64,000 nt of DNA from an uncultured Arcticibacterium sp. (GTDB lineage Bacteria; Bacteroidota; Bacteroidia; Cytophagales; Spirosomataceae), in the NCBI RefSeq assembly GCF_964021845.1, contig NZ_CAXHZC010000006.1:9084-73083 (forward strand), in the 5' to 3' direction. The stretch's first letter is position 1, and each line of letters starts with the position of its first letter. Positions 49,529 through 59,745 of this stretch are shown here, piece after piece. The position numbers were made by a program, and so were the translations under genes. The notes beneath the pieces are model-generated. The model was given only the letters and a program-made list of their open reading frames with translations. It was not told where the DNA came from and did no database searches.

Positions 49529-51916
49529 ATGAAAAAAATTCTTTTAGGACTATGCCTCATAGTGCTCCTTGCCCTTGCGGCATCTTATTTCTATCTAAAT
49601 CATCTCAAACCTTCTTATGCCGGCACCCTAAACTTACCCGAACTCAATGCTGAGGTCGAGGTACTTTATGATGATTACGCCGTACCGCATATCTACGCCG
49701 AAAACGAAGAAGACCTTTTTTATACTTTTGGCTATGTACATGCCCAAGATAGGCTATTCCAAATGGAACTACTTAAAAGAGTTTCTTCAGGAAGGCTGGC
49801 TGAAGTATTTGGCCCAGAAGCCTTAGAAACCGATGTATTCTTTAGAACGCTAAGTTTTGAAAAGCATGCCAAGTGGGCTTTAGAAGAAAGAGACCCGAAC
49901 GCTCCCTTCATGAAGGCCGCCAGAGCTTATGTCAAAGGGATAAATCAGTACATTCACGAAGGTAAAACACCTATAGAGTTTACATTATCGGGCATTCCGA
50001 AAGAGGACTTCACTTTAGAAGACATGGAAAAGATAGTAGGCTTTTTAGGCTACACTTTTGAAGCTGCCTTTCAAACAGAGGCGGTCATGACTTATATAAA
50101 TGGAAAATATGGTGAGGAATACACAAAAGACTTTGACCAAAGCTGGCCAGACCAAGACTACAAAATACCTGTCGATAAAAACGTAATTGCTGTTGCAAAA
50201 AACTTAGCTCTGATAGAGCAAAAGCTCTCTAAAATTGACTCAAAATTAGATTTCAAACCATTTCATGGTTCAAATGGCTGGGTGATTTCCGGTAGCAAAA
50301 CCAAGTCAGGTAAACCCATTTTATCAAACGACACCCACATGGCTTTCTCTCAGCCAAGTGTATGGTATGAAGCACATTTAGAGTGCCCCACTTTCAAGGT
50401 ATATGGTAATTTCATAGCAGGAACGCCAGTACCCGCCTTAGGTCATACTTATGCAGGCGGATGGGGTTTAACCATGTTTGAAAACGATGAAGCCGACTTT
50501 TATGCCGAAAGCCTGAATCCAGAAAACGAAAATCAGGTACGTTACAAAGACTCTTGGGTTGATTTAGAGACCAGAGAGGAAAAAATAAACATCAAAGGCG
50601 GCACAGATACTACTATCTATGTCAAAGAATCGCCACATGGCTATATCCTAAACGGGGCTTTTAAAGATTTAGATGACACCGCAGAACCTATTGCTCTACA
50701 ATGGGTTTATCACAAATTCCCTTCTAAGCACATGGAGGTTTTCTATAACCTTTGCAAGGCAAAAGATGCTACCGACGCCAGAGCAGCCGTGGAACCACTC
50801 ACTGCTCCTGGGCTAAATTTTATGTGGGCAGATACTAGCGGAAATATAGCTTGGTGGGCTGCAGGAAAGTTACCAATTAGACCCACTCACGTAAATCCTT
50901 ACTATATTTTAGATGGTAGCTCTGGAAATGACGATTGGCAAGGCTACGCTAGTTTTGACCTAAATCCTCAAATCTTAAACCCAGAGCGTGGCTTTCTTTA
51001 TACCGCAAATAATCAGCCAGATGACATGGGCAATGGCCTGGTACCTGGCTATTATGTTCCGTCAAATCGTGCTAAAAGGATTGAAGAACTTTTAGATACC
51101 GACAAAACGGATTGGACAGAGGAGTCTATGCGAGATGTGATAAATGATATCACCTCCCCTACATATTCTGAAATTATTGATTCTTTAATAAAAAGCCTTG
51201 ACCATACTCTCTTAAACCCTAAAGCCAAAAAACTTCTTATTATGCTAGGCAATTGGGATGGAAAACACGCTCTTGAAAACACTGAACCTACTATTTTTTA
51301 TCGCTGGGTTTTTGAACTATACCAAGTGGCTATGCGAGACGAGCTAGGCGAGCGTTTCTACCCTTCTTTTGAACGCAGTCATGTATTTAAAAAGAGCATG
51401 AAAACCTTCTTTGAAAACGAGAATTCACCTTGGTGGGATAACATAAACACACCAGAAAAAGAATCACGAGGTGCGTTAATCAGCAAAGCTTTGAATAAAA
51501 CGGTTGTCTTTCTAGAAAATCAATTAGGCGAAAACCCAGAGGAATGGAAATGGGAGAAAGTCCATTCTATAGAACATCCTCATGCCATGGGAAAAGTAGA
51601 AGCACTGAGACAATATTTTAATGTAGGCCCTTTTCCTGCTCCTGGTGGTAGGGAAACTATTAATAATATGGCTTTCGGTATGGATAGCACTGGCCTATAT
51701 AAAGTAACTGCTGGACCAGCACTAAGAAGAATTATAGATTTTAGTACCCCAGAAAAAGGCTATAGCGTTTTACCTACCGGTCAAAGTGGCTACTTCATGA
51801 GCAAACATTATGATGACCAAGCACAGCTTTTTGTAAAAGGTGGCAAACGAGCCGAACTTATGGAAAGAACAGCAATTGAAAATGTAATGATAGGCAAGAC
51901 TGTTTTTAAGCCTTAA
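49529..51916 (+). CDS. penicillin-acylase-family Ntn hydrolase (possible acyl-homoserine-lactone/penicillin acylase)
   Basis: Likely start is MKKILLGLCLIVLL at 49529; the track starts at 49493. YDDYAVPHIYAE, HAQDRLFQME, and the self-processing site HGSNGWVISG are typical of the family. Confidence 0.85.
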   Translation: MKKILLGLCLIVLLALAASYFYLNHLKPSYAGTLNLPELNAEVEVLYDDYAVPHIYAENEEDLFYTFGYVHAQDRLFQMELLKRVSSGRLAEVFGPEALETDVFFRTLSFEKHAKWALEERDPNAPFMKAARAYVKGINQYIHEGKTPIEFTLSGIPKEDFTLEDMEKIVGFLGYTFEAAFQTEAVMTYINGKYGEEYTKDFDQSWPDQDYKIPVDKNVIAVAKNLALIEQKLSKIDSKLDFKPFHGSNGWVISGSKTKSGKPILSNDTHMAFSQPSVWYEAHLECPTFKVYGNFIAGTPVPALGHTYAGGWGLTMFENDEADFYAESLNPENENQVRYKDSWVDLETREEKINIKGGTDTTIYVKESPHGYILNGAFKDLDDTAEPIALQWVYHKFPSKHMEVFYNLCKAKDATDARAAVEPLTAPGLNFMWADTSGNIAWWAAGKLPIRPTHVNPYYILDGSSGNDDWQGYASFDLNPQILNPERGFLYTANNQPDDMGNGLVPGYYVPSNRAKRIEELLDTDKTDWTEESMRDVINDITSPTYSEIIDSLIKSLDHTLLNPKAKKLLIMLGNWDGKHALENTEPTIFYRWVFELYQVAMRDELGERFYPSFERSHVFKKSMKTFFENENSPWWDNINTPEKESRGALISKALNKTVVFLENQLGENPEEWKWEKVHSIEHPHAMGKVEALRQYFNVGPFPAPGGRETINNMAFGMDSTGLYKVTAGPALRRIIDFSTPEKGYSVLPTGQSGYFMSKHYDDQAQLFVKGGKRAELMERTAIENVMIGKTVFKP

Positions 51917-52650
51917 CCCTTCATTCTAACATAAATAAGTTTAAATCGTCCTTTTTGGGTATCTCTGTTTTCTACCTCGAACCCTTTGATAGATTTTATC
52001 ATTGGTGTGAGCTTTTGAAAACCGAAGTTTCTAGAGTCAAAGTTTGGCATCTTTTTCTGAAGCAAACTTCCAACATCTCCTAAGAAAGCCCAGCCATCAT
52101 CATCAGCTAAATCTGATATGGTGGCGGCTATCAAACTTATGACTTTAGGGGTAATCTTGTCAACCTCATTTTTCTTGACAGTTTTCTTTTCTGGTGAATC
52201 TGGAGAATCTTCTTCTGCCTCTTTCTTAAGAATTTCAAGGTAGATAAACTTATCACAAGCTACTATAAACGGATTTGGCGTCTTTTTCTCCCCTATTCCA
52301 TACACCTGCATTCCGGCTTCTCTGAGCCTGGTGGCTAGTCTTGTAAAATCACTATCACTTGACACCAAACAAAAGCCATTGACCTTTTCAGAATATAAAA
52401 TGTCCATGGCGTCAATAATCATGGCAGAATCTGTGGCGTTTTTCCCGGTGGTGTAGCCGTACTGTTGGATAGGCGTAATGGCATTTTCTAAAAGCAAGTT
52501 TTTCCATTTCGACAAATGGGGTTTAGTCCAATCACCATAAATTCTCTTGATGGTTGGGTTGCCATATTTGGCTATTTCTTCCATCATTTCTTTAATATAG
52601 GCCGATGGAATGTTGTCTCCATCTATAAGCACTGCTAATTTTAAATCCAT
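51913..52650 (-). CDS. NYN (LabA-like) domain protein with C-terminal OST-HTH/LOTUS domain
   Basis: 245 aa. LAVLIDGDN...RIYGDW...LVSSDSDFT NYN pattern. The C-terminal WAFLGDVGSLLQKKMPNFDSRNFGFQKL is LOTUS-like. Confidence 0.78.
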   Translation of the reverse strand: MDLKLAVLIDGDNIPSAYIKEMMEEIAKYGNPTIKRIYGDWTKPHLSKWKNLLLENAITPIQQYGYTTGKNATDSAMIIDAMDILYSEKVNGFCLVSSDSDFTRLATRLREAGMQVYGIGEKKTPNPFIVACDKFIYLEILKKEAEEDSPDSPEKKTVKKNEVDKITPKVISLIAATISDLADDDGWAFLGDVGSLLQKKMPNFDSRNFGFQKLTPMIKSIKGFEVENRDTQKGRFKLIYVRMKG

Positions 52651-52795
52651 TATATATTGGTGATTCTTTTTATGAAGGTAATCTTTTCTTAGCCGAATCT
52701 AAGACTTATCTCTAAATCCATGTTCAATTAAGTTTTGCATATAAGATTTGCCTCCTAATTTTCTTTAAATTGCTAATAATTCAACCCAATATAAA

Positions 52796-54007
52796 ATGTC
52801 AATCTCTAAAAACACTTTCAAAACAGAAGTCAAAGAGGAATTCTTTTCCATTCTTGATTTCTGGGCTACTCACTCCGTCGATAATAAAAATGGTGGTTTC
52901 TATGGCACCATTGATGGTAATAACGAGCCAAAAGAAACCTATAAATCTGTAGTAGCTACGGCTCGGATTCTTTGGAGCTTCAGTGCAGGTATTAATTTCA
53001 TCAAGAATACACCAGAGTTTATTCAACATCAGCACCTCATTAAAGATTATGAAGTGCTTTGCAAAAGAGCTTATGATAGCCTCAAAAATAATTTTTGGGA
53101 TGAAAAGCATCAAGGAGTTTATTGGGCAGTGAACGCCAAAGGAGAAAAAGAAAACGGCAAAAAACTCATGTACGGGCACAGCTTCTATGTTTATGGCATG
53201 AGCGAATATTACAGAGCTACAGGCTATAAACCCGCTTTAGAAATGGCTCAAAAGTGCTTTAATACCATCATTAATCATTCTTATGATGGTAAAGAAGGTG
53301 GTTATATAGAAGCTTATAATGAAGATTGGTCAGAAACTGACGACTATATTCTTTCTAAAGGTATTTCTAGAAAATCGATGAATACCCACCTTCATTTATT
53401 AGAGTGCTTTGCAAACCTTTACCGAATTGACAAATCAGAAAAAGTACACTTTCACCTTAAGCACTGTTTAGAGATAATGCTAGATAGAATCATAGGCGAA
53501 GGAAATACCAGAATGACCTTGTTTTTCTCAGAAGACTGGACGCCACAAACGAAAGTTATTTCTTACGGGCACGACATAGAAGCTAGCTGGCTAGTTTTAG
53601 AAGCTGCTGAAATATTGGGCGACGAGGATCTTATAGAAAGATGTAAAAAAGTATGTCTTCCTATAGCACGAGATTCTGCCGAGGGCATTCAGGCAGATAA
53701 GGGAATGATATATGAATTTGACCCTGAAACGGGGCATGGAAATTTTTCACGAGACTGGTGGGTAATGGCTGAAGCTATGGTAGGTTTTTATAATGCCTAT
53801 CAAATGAGCGGGAAATCCCATTATCTGGAGAAATCAGAGAATTGCTGGACATTTATAAATGAGCATTTGATTGACCATGAAAACGGCGAATGGTATGGAG
53901 GTGTTAACGCAAAACATGAAATCACTAACTCCAGCAAAGGAAATCCATGGAAAGCACCCTATCACAATGCACGAGCTTGCATGGAAATTTACAAGCGGAT
54001 TTCTTAG
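52796..54007 (+). CDS. N-acylglucosamine 2-epimerase (AGE) family protein, cellobiose/mannobiose 2-epimerase-like
   Basis: 403 aa. (alpha/alpha)6 AGE-like pattern: GGFYGTID, ARILWSFS, MYGHSFYVYGMSEYY, NTHLHLLE, YGHDIEASWL, PYHNARACME. Confidence 0.82.
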   Translation: MSISKNTFKTEVKEEFFSILDFWATHSVDNKNGGFYGTIDGNNEPKETYKSVVATARILWSFSAGINFIKNTPEFIQHQHLIKDYEVLCKRAYDSLKNNFWDEKHQGVYWAVNAKGEKENGKKLMYGHSFYVYGMSEYYRATGYKPALEMAQKCFNTIINHSYDGKEGGYIEAYNEDWSETDDYILSKGISRKSMNTHLHLLECFANLYRIDKSEKVHFHLKHCLEIMLDRIIGEGNTRMTLFFSEDWTPQTKVISYGHDIEASWLVLEAAEILGDEDLIERCKKVCLPIARDSAEGIQADKGMIYEFDPETGHGNFSRDWWVMAEAMVGFYNAYQMSGKSHYLEKSENCWTFINEHLIDHENGEWYGGVNAKHEITNSSKGNPWKAPYHNARACMEIYKRIS

Positions 54008-54031
54008 CTTTGGGAATACCAATACCTAGCC

Positions 54032-57000
54032 TTGAAAAAACTCCTTATCCTTTTTGCTTCATTTATTCTTTGCTCCTGTTCAGAGGAGCAGAGCGAACTC
54101 TTTGTGCAAGTTCCTGCCGAACAGAGTAACATTCACTTTTCAAATAATATTATTGAGAATGAAAAGTATAACGTTTACGACTATCATAACCTCTATAATG
54201 GTGGCGGAATAGCGGCTTTTGATGTAAACAATGATGGATTAATTGACCTTTACTTTACGGGTAACCAAGTCAACGATAAACTCTATTTAAACAAAGGAAA
54301 TTTCGAGTTTGAAGATATCACAGAAAAAGCTGGCATTATTCAAAAAGGCTGGTCAACAGGCGTAACCGTTAGCGATATAAATAATGACGGCTTCTTAGAT
54401 ATATACGTATGCAAGGCAGGGAATGAATCAAGCGATAAATTAGAAAATTTACTCTTTGTCAATCAAGGAAATTTAACCTTCAAAGAAGAGGCTCAAGAAA
54501 GAGGAATAGCAGACAGTTCGCTATCAACGCAATCTGCTTTTTTTGATTTTGACAAAGACGGGGATTTAGACCTTTATATCTTAACCACTTCCAATAAAAT
54601 CCGAAACCCAAATCTTCTTCATAAAAAAGATTCGTATGGCCAATATGCACTTGACAAACTTTATGAAAACGATGGAACAGGTCACTTTAAGGAAGTTGGG
54701 CAGCAAAACGGAATAACGGGAAACACGCATGGTCTTGGTTTAGCTATTGCCGACATTAATGGAGATGGCTGGGAAGACATACTAGCGTCCAGTGATTTCT
54801 TGCCAAACGACGCTCTTTATATCAATAACCAAGACGGCACTTTTTCAAATAGAGCGTCTGACTATATGCCTTATCAGAGTCGCTTTTCTATGGGAAATGA
54901 CATTGCCGACATTAACAATGATGGCTTGCCTGAGATGGTAACCGTAGATATGCTACCTCCCGACAACGAGCAGCAAAAGAAAATGTTGATGACTTCCTAT
55001 CATGTTTTTGAAACAGAGCAGACCTTAGGTTTTCAAAATGAATTTACCAGAAACATGCTTTTTCAGAATGCGGGAAATGATACCGAAGGAGAAACATATT
55101 TTAATGAAATAGGTCAATATAGTGGCATTCACGCTACGGACTGGTCATGGGCTCCGCTAATTCTTGACTTTGATAATGATGGAGAAAAAGACCTTTTCAT
55201 TTCCAATGGCTATTTACGTGATGTAACCAATTCTGATAATATAGCCTATAACATGAGCTTCGCTCAAAAAACTGAATCTACTGAAGAGATGAGGGATTTT
55301 ATGAATTCCAATGCCCTTAACTCGCCTAAGCTTCAAAGAAAAAATCAATTCTTTAAAAATGAGGGAGGTTTTAAGTATTCCAATCAAACCGAAGGATGGC
55401 TATCAGAAAATGAAACCTTTTCAAACGGTGCAATTTTTGCGGATTTGGATAATGATGGAGATTTAGATTATGTGGTTAATAATATAAATGAGGCGGCTCA
55501 TTTATTTAGAAATGATACCGAAAACAAGTATCTAAAAGTAGAATTAAACCCATACCATAATGCCCAAGGTGTCAAAATAGAGGTTTATCAAAATGGAATA
55601 TGTCAAACTTATGCAAACTCCATAAGCAGAGGATACCTCTCGGCAATGCATGCCCCTACGGTAATTGGTTTAGGTCAATCTGAAAAGGTTGACTCCTTAA
55701 AAGTGGTATGGCCAAATGGTTTGTCGCAAACCTTTAAGGATATTGATGCCAATCAAACTATAAAAGTAGAGCAAAGCAATGCTATCAAAGGAGCTAAAAC
55801 AGCAGCCAGTTCAAGACCATTATTTACTGAAATAGACTTTGACTATAAACATACGGAGAGTAGATATATTGATTTTTATAGAGAAAATCTCCTCTTAAAA
55901 AAATACTCGCAGCCAGGTCCTGTAATGATTACAGGCGACTTAAATAATGATGGTTTGGAAGATGTTTTCTTTGGTGGAAACACCGAGCAGCCTTCACTTA
56001 TTTACTTTCAAAAAGCCAACAATAGATTTGATAAAAAAGAACTAGTGAAAAATCAAAATTGGGAAGATGCCGACGCTCTTTTCTTAGATTTTAACCAAGA
56101 CGGATTTACAGACATTTATACGCTAAGCGGAAGCAATGAATTTCCGATTTATTCAGGTCAATATCAAGACCACCTTTATCAAAATAATGGCTTAGGAGAG
56201 TTTACAGAGGTTAGCCATCTATTACCTAAAAATAATCAACCAGGTAGCGTAGCATGCCTAATTGACATAGACAAAGATGGCATAAAAGACATCTTTAGGG
56301 CTGGTTCAGTACAGCCAGGTGACTTTCCTAATGTAAGTGATAGTTATGTCCATAAAATTGACAAAAACGGCATAAAACAAATTTCACTAGGTAACTTAGG
56401 TTTAGTTTCCGATGCAAGAGTGACTGACTTTAATAAAGATGGCTGGGAAGATATAGTCTTGATTGGCGAATATATGAGGCCAACTGTACTAGTGAATGAG
56501 AAAGGTGCTTTCACTCCAATGGAAATAAGCAATAAAAAAGGGTTTTGGAAAAGTGTCTCAATTGCCGACTTAGATAATGATGGCTTTGACGATTTAATTT
56601 TAGGAAATTGTGGTGAAAACTACCGCTATAAATTTGACGAGAAGCGTCCAATTGAGTTATATAATTTATCGCTAAGTAAAAATGAAAAAGTGCACACCTA
56701 TTTTGAGGGAGAAAAACGCCATTTAATTCCTGCCCGGGATGAAATTATCAGACAGTACCCGTACCTCCGTTCGCTATTCCCAGACTATAATTCATACGCT
56801 GTTTTTGACCTAGAACCTGCTTTAAGTAAATCCTCTTCCCTTTTGACAGCAAATTACATGAAAAGCGTAATACTTTGGAATAAAGCCGGAAAGTCATTTG
56901 AGTTAGAAGAGCTCCCAAAAGAAGCTCAATTATTTTCTATCAATTCTACTTTGATAGAAGATGTTAACAATGACGGCAAAAAGGATATTTTGTTAGCCGG

Positions 57001-57226
57001 AAATGACCAAGATTCAGAACCAATAAATGCTGGTTATACGGAAGGCTCTAAAAGCTGCTTATTAATAAATGATAAATCTGGCTTTACATATCTCCCGAAT
57101 TCAGAATCTGGCATTTGGCTAAATGGTGCAGTAAAGCAACTAAGCTCTATAAAATTAAAAAAGGGCAACCTAATATTGGCTGCCCTTCAAAATCAAAAAG
57201 TAAAAGTTTATCAGTCTGCCGAGTAG
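54032..57226 (+). CDS. FG-GAP/VCBS-repeat ASPIC/UnbV (CRTAC1-like) lipoprotein
   Basis: 1064 aa. TTG start with lipobox FILCSC. About ten D.N.DG..D(L/I)(Y/F) calcium-binding repeat motifs, plus a central segment resembling ASPIC/UnbV (YLKVEL...GVKIEVYQNG..Q...). Confidence 0.78.
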   Translation: MKKLLILFASFILCSCSEEQSELFVQVPAEQSNIHFSNNIIENEKYNVYDYHNLYNGGGIAAFDVNNDGLIDLYFTGNQVNDKLYLNKGNFEFEDITEKAGIIQKGWSTGVTVSDINNDGFLDIYVCKAGNESSDKLENLLFVNQGNLTFKEEAQERGIADSSLSTQSAFFDFDKDGDLDLYILTTSNKIRNPNLLHKKDSYGQYALDKLYENDGTGHFKEVGQQNGITGNTHGLGLAIADINGDGWEDILASSDFLPNDALYINNQDGTFSNRASDYMPYQSRFSMGNDIADINNDGLPEMVTVDMLPPDNEQQKKMLMTSYHVFETEQTLGFQNEFTRNMLFQNAGNDTEGETYFNEIGQYSGIHATDWSWAPLILDFDNDGEKDLFISNGYLRDVTNSDNIAYNMSFAQKTESTEEMRDFMNSNALNSPKLQRKNQFFKNEGGFKYSNQTEGWLSENETFSNGAIFADLDNDGDLDYVVNNINEAAHLFRNDTENKYLKVELNPYHNAQGVKIEVYQNGICQTYANSISRGYLSAMHAPTVIGLGQSEKVDSLKVVWPNGLSQTFKDIDANQTIKVEQSNAIKGAKTAASSRPLFTEIDFDYKHTESRYIDFYRENLLLKKYSQPGPVMITGDLNNDGLEDVFFGGNTEQPSLIYFQKANNRFDKKELVKNQNWEDADALFLDFNQDGFTDIYTLSGSNEFPIYSGQYQDHLYQNNGLGEFTEVSHLLPKNNQPGSVACLIDIDKDGIKDIFRAGSVQPGDFPNVSDSYVHKIDKNGIKQISLGNLGLVSDARVTDFNKDGWEDIVLIGEYMRPTVLVNEKGAFTPMEISNKKGFWKSVSIADLDNDGFDDLILGNCGENYRYKFDEKRPIELYNLSLSKNEKVHTYFEGEKRHLIPARDEIIRQYPYLRSLFPDYNSYAVFDLEPALSKSSSLLTANYMKSVILWNKAGKSFELEELPKEAQLFSINSTLIEDVNNDGKKDILLAGNDQDSEPINAGYTEGSKSCLLINDKSGFTYLPNSESGIWLNGAVKQLSSIKLKKGNLILAALQNQKVKVYQSAE

Positions 57227-57603
57227 AAAGACTGGCTTTTTATAAAAGTATTATCAGTTAAATATAAGCCAGCATTAAAGCCTGAAAAACCTATTTCTTT
57301 TATATCCACTGTTACGCTTCCGTGATTACCGCTAATTGCTATAGTCTTTAATTCTTCATCCTTTTTAGGGTGAAACAGAACCAGTTTACCACCTGACTTA
57401 CCAAAAGGCAAAGAGTACTCTATTAAGACAGTAGCCGAAGAGCTCTTCTCTTTACTCTGTCTTAGATAAATGTCTGAGTCTTCAGAGGATACCACCACTG
57501 CTGGCTTTGCTCCAATTGGGCGTCCGTTTTCGTCTTCTGTAGCTTGCTGAGCAAAAGAAACCATGCCCACCAAACAAAATACTAGTGTAAATATATATTT
57601 CAT
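57211..57603 (-). CDS. hypothetical small secreted protein
   Basis: 130 aa with signal peptide MKYIFTLVFCLVGMVSFAQQ. Starts 4 nt downstream of the tail-fibre-like gene stop, so probably co-transcribed. Confidence 0.5.
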   Translation of the reverse strand: MKYIFTLVFCLVGMVSFAQQATEDENGRPIGAKPAVVVSSEDSDIYLRQSKEKSSSATVLIEYSLPFGKSGGKLVLFHPKKDEELKTIAISGNHGSVTVDIKEIGFSGFNAGLYLTDNTFIKSQSFYSAD

Positions 57604-57607
57604 GATA

Positions 57608-59212
57608 TTATCTTTTTGCGTTTTTGTTTTTTGCGTTCAACTGAGCTTCCATTGCTCTCAATCTATTGTCCAAAGAGGCGTAATTAGATACTTCATTTTC
57701 TAATTCATCTATTCTTACTTTTTGCTCTTTTAAGGCTTGAACCAATACTGGTATTAAGGCATTGTAATTAACACTCTTAAAACTTTTACCTGATTTAGTT
57801 TCAAATTCCTTAACAAGTTCTGGAAGAGATTTTTCTACTTCCTGAGCTATAAGTCCAAACTGCTTAGTCTCTGGCAAACCCAGCTCCTCCGTAAACTCTT
57901 TCTTGTAAAAGAAAGTCTTTGGATAAAGATTCATTACAACTGAAGTGGCATCAGAAAGTGGGCTAATATCATTCTTAATTCTAGCATCAGACGGCCCATA
58001 AATAGAACCTGGCATTACTGAACCCTTTACGTAGATATCTTTACTGAAGTAACTAACATCATCAAAATTGCTATTTCCATTAACATAAAGCTGTGGGAAT
58101 GGAGTTTCTTCAGAACCTAGAACTTTTCCTGAGCCGTCCCCAACAGAGTTTACCCCACCTACTGTAGCTGTAACTGTTCCTGTTACCACAAGATTACCTT
58201 CTATCCTGGTATTGCCAATTACTTGTAACTTGTTTGAAGCATTTGGAATACCTATTCCTACATTACCTGAAGAGTTAATGCTTAAGAAAGGTGTGCCTGA
58301 AAAACTTCTAAAATTATGAAAAGCTGCATCATAGTAATTATATCCTAACTCGTTATAATCTACTATTAGTTGAGCTTTGTTCCCACTTGCTCTTAAGTTT
58401 GTTCCACCCGCCGTATTTCCTTTTATTTCTAACCTGGCCGTAGGTGTGGATGTTGCTATACCTACGCTTGTATCTGATTTGACTACTAACCTTTTGTTAA
58501 CATCTAACAGGCCACCTGGACTTTGAATCCCCAAACCAATATCTCCATCAGAGGCAATTACTAAACTATTAGTAGGAGCACCACCAGACATAATCCTAAA
58601 AGGCAATTTACTTCCATTAGTCGCATCACGAATAAAAAAGTTAGTTTCGTTACTAGCAATATCCCATGTTTGGGGCGTAAAGCCAGATGAACCATCTTGC
58701 TCCAATCTCAAAGTAGGTGTATCACCATCTTTTGAATGAATCTCAGCGACCGGAGTACTAGTACCCAAACCTATTCTACCCCCATCATCAACATATAAAG
58801 AATGTGAAGGTGCACTAGCCTCTATAGTAAATGGAGTTCTTCCACCATCTATATCATCAATGGAGAATTTATTCTGACCACCATTACTAGTATCGTTAAA
58901 AGTAATCTGCCAATCATTGGAAGGGAAACTTGCAGAACTACTTGTATCCTGTGCCTTAATTCTCAAATTATTTTCTTTCAATCTTATGGTATCAAAACCA
59001 AAGCTTTCACCGTTTACACAGTCAAAACCTACGCAGGCACTACTAGTAACAATTAAGTCATCATTTATGACCTGATCTGTAACCGACTTTGCTTCGGTTA
59101 CCATACTATTTATCTGTTTGAGTTCAACATCATCTCTTTTTTCGCTAATTTGAGCCTGCATAAAGAAGCTCGCAAAGAGCAATGAGAAGAGAATTCTTAT
59201 TCTTGTTTTCAT
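57608..59212 (-). CDS. secreted tail-fibre-like protein with C-terminal Peptidase_S74 intramolecular-chaperone domain
   Basis: 534 aa with a signal peptide. The beta-helix-like N-region has repeated (I/L)G(L/I)G(T/I)..P motifs. The C-terminal 127 aa begin with the canonical SDARIKNDISPL, then FGLIAQEVEKSLPELV, NYNALIPVLVQALKEQ and a coiled coil (57611..57991). Confidence 0.72.
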   Translation of the reverse strand: MKTRIRILFSLLFASFFMQAQISEKRDDVELKQINSMVTEAKSVTDQVINDDLIVTSSACVGFDCVNGESFGFDTIRLKENNLRIKAQDTSSSASFPSNDWQITFNDTSNGGQNKFSIDDIDGGRTPFTIEASAPSHSLYVDDGGRIGLGTSTPVAEIHSKDGDTPTLRLEQDGSSGFTPQTWDIASNETNFFIRDATNGSKLPFRIMSGGAPTNSLVIASDGDIGLGIQSPGGLLDVNKRLVVKSDTSVGIATSTPTARLEIKGNTAGGTNLRASGNKAQLIVDYNELGYNYYDAAFHNFRSFSGTPFLSINSSGNVGIGIPNASNKLQVIGNTRIEGNLVVTGTVTATVGGVNSVGDGSGKVLGSEETPFPQLYVNGNSNFDDVSYFSKDIYVKGSVMPGSIYGPSDARIKNDISPLSDATSVVMNLYPKTFFYKKEFTEELGLPETKQFGLIAQEVEKSLPELVKEFETKSGKSFKSVNYNALIPVLVQALKEQKVRIDELENEVSNYASLDNRLRAMEAQLNAKNKNAKR

Positions 59213-59268
59213 GTCTTTATTGATTTATGTTAAAAGTGTTTAAATTATTAATTATTGAACGTCTAAAT

Positions 59269-59745
59269 ATGTTTTCAAAACTATTGAGCCTAAGCTCCAT
59301 TGCCCTAATTTTAATTTCTTGTAATTCGGATATTACAAATGAACAAATTGGTCTTTTTGTAAAAACCTCAGGCTTAAAACCAACAACTATCAATGCGTAT
59401 GAGAACCAAACCATGAAGTTAAACAAAAACATTAACTTCGGTAGCGAGCTCACCATTGAAATATTAGGCATTGATGACTTCAAAAAAGGAGATACTGGCC
59501 AAGTTTTCATCGGCGGTGAAAATACATTAATTGATAAAGATGAAAAGGTCATTTATTATATTGAAGATTATTTTAAAAAATATGATCTTACAGGTGTTCG
59601 CCCAGCTGATGCAGAAAAACTAAAGTTTAACATTCGAGTTGGCAAGCCAATGGTCAAAGGTGAAACATATCGTTTTCTGTTTAAACTTTGGGATAAAAAA
59701 AGTGATAAAGAACTTAAAGGAAACATAGAATTAATCGTTATTTAA
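59269..59745 (+). CDS. hypothetical lipoprotein
   Basis: Likely start is MFSKLLSLSSIALILISC at 59269; the track starts at 59227. No recognisable domain. Confidence 0.5.
   Translation: MFSKLLSLSSIALILISCNSDITNEQIGLFVKTSGLKPTTINAYENQTMKLNKNINFGSELTIEILGIDDFKKGDTGQVFIGGENTLIDKDEKVIYYIEDYFKKYDLTGVRPADAEKLKFNIRVGKPMVKGETYRFLFKLWDKKSDKELKGNIELIVI

Noticed and set aside
49529-51916. Penicillin-acylase-family gene as a quorum-quenching AHL acylase linked to the 'SdiA-regulated' lipoprotein
   Set aside because: The two genes are 7 kb apart on unrelated transcription units, and the 'SdiA-regulated' family name is historical. The sequence gives no support for a functional link.
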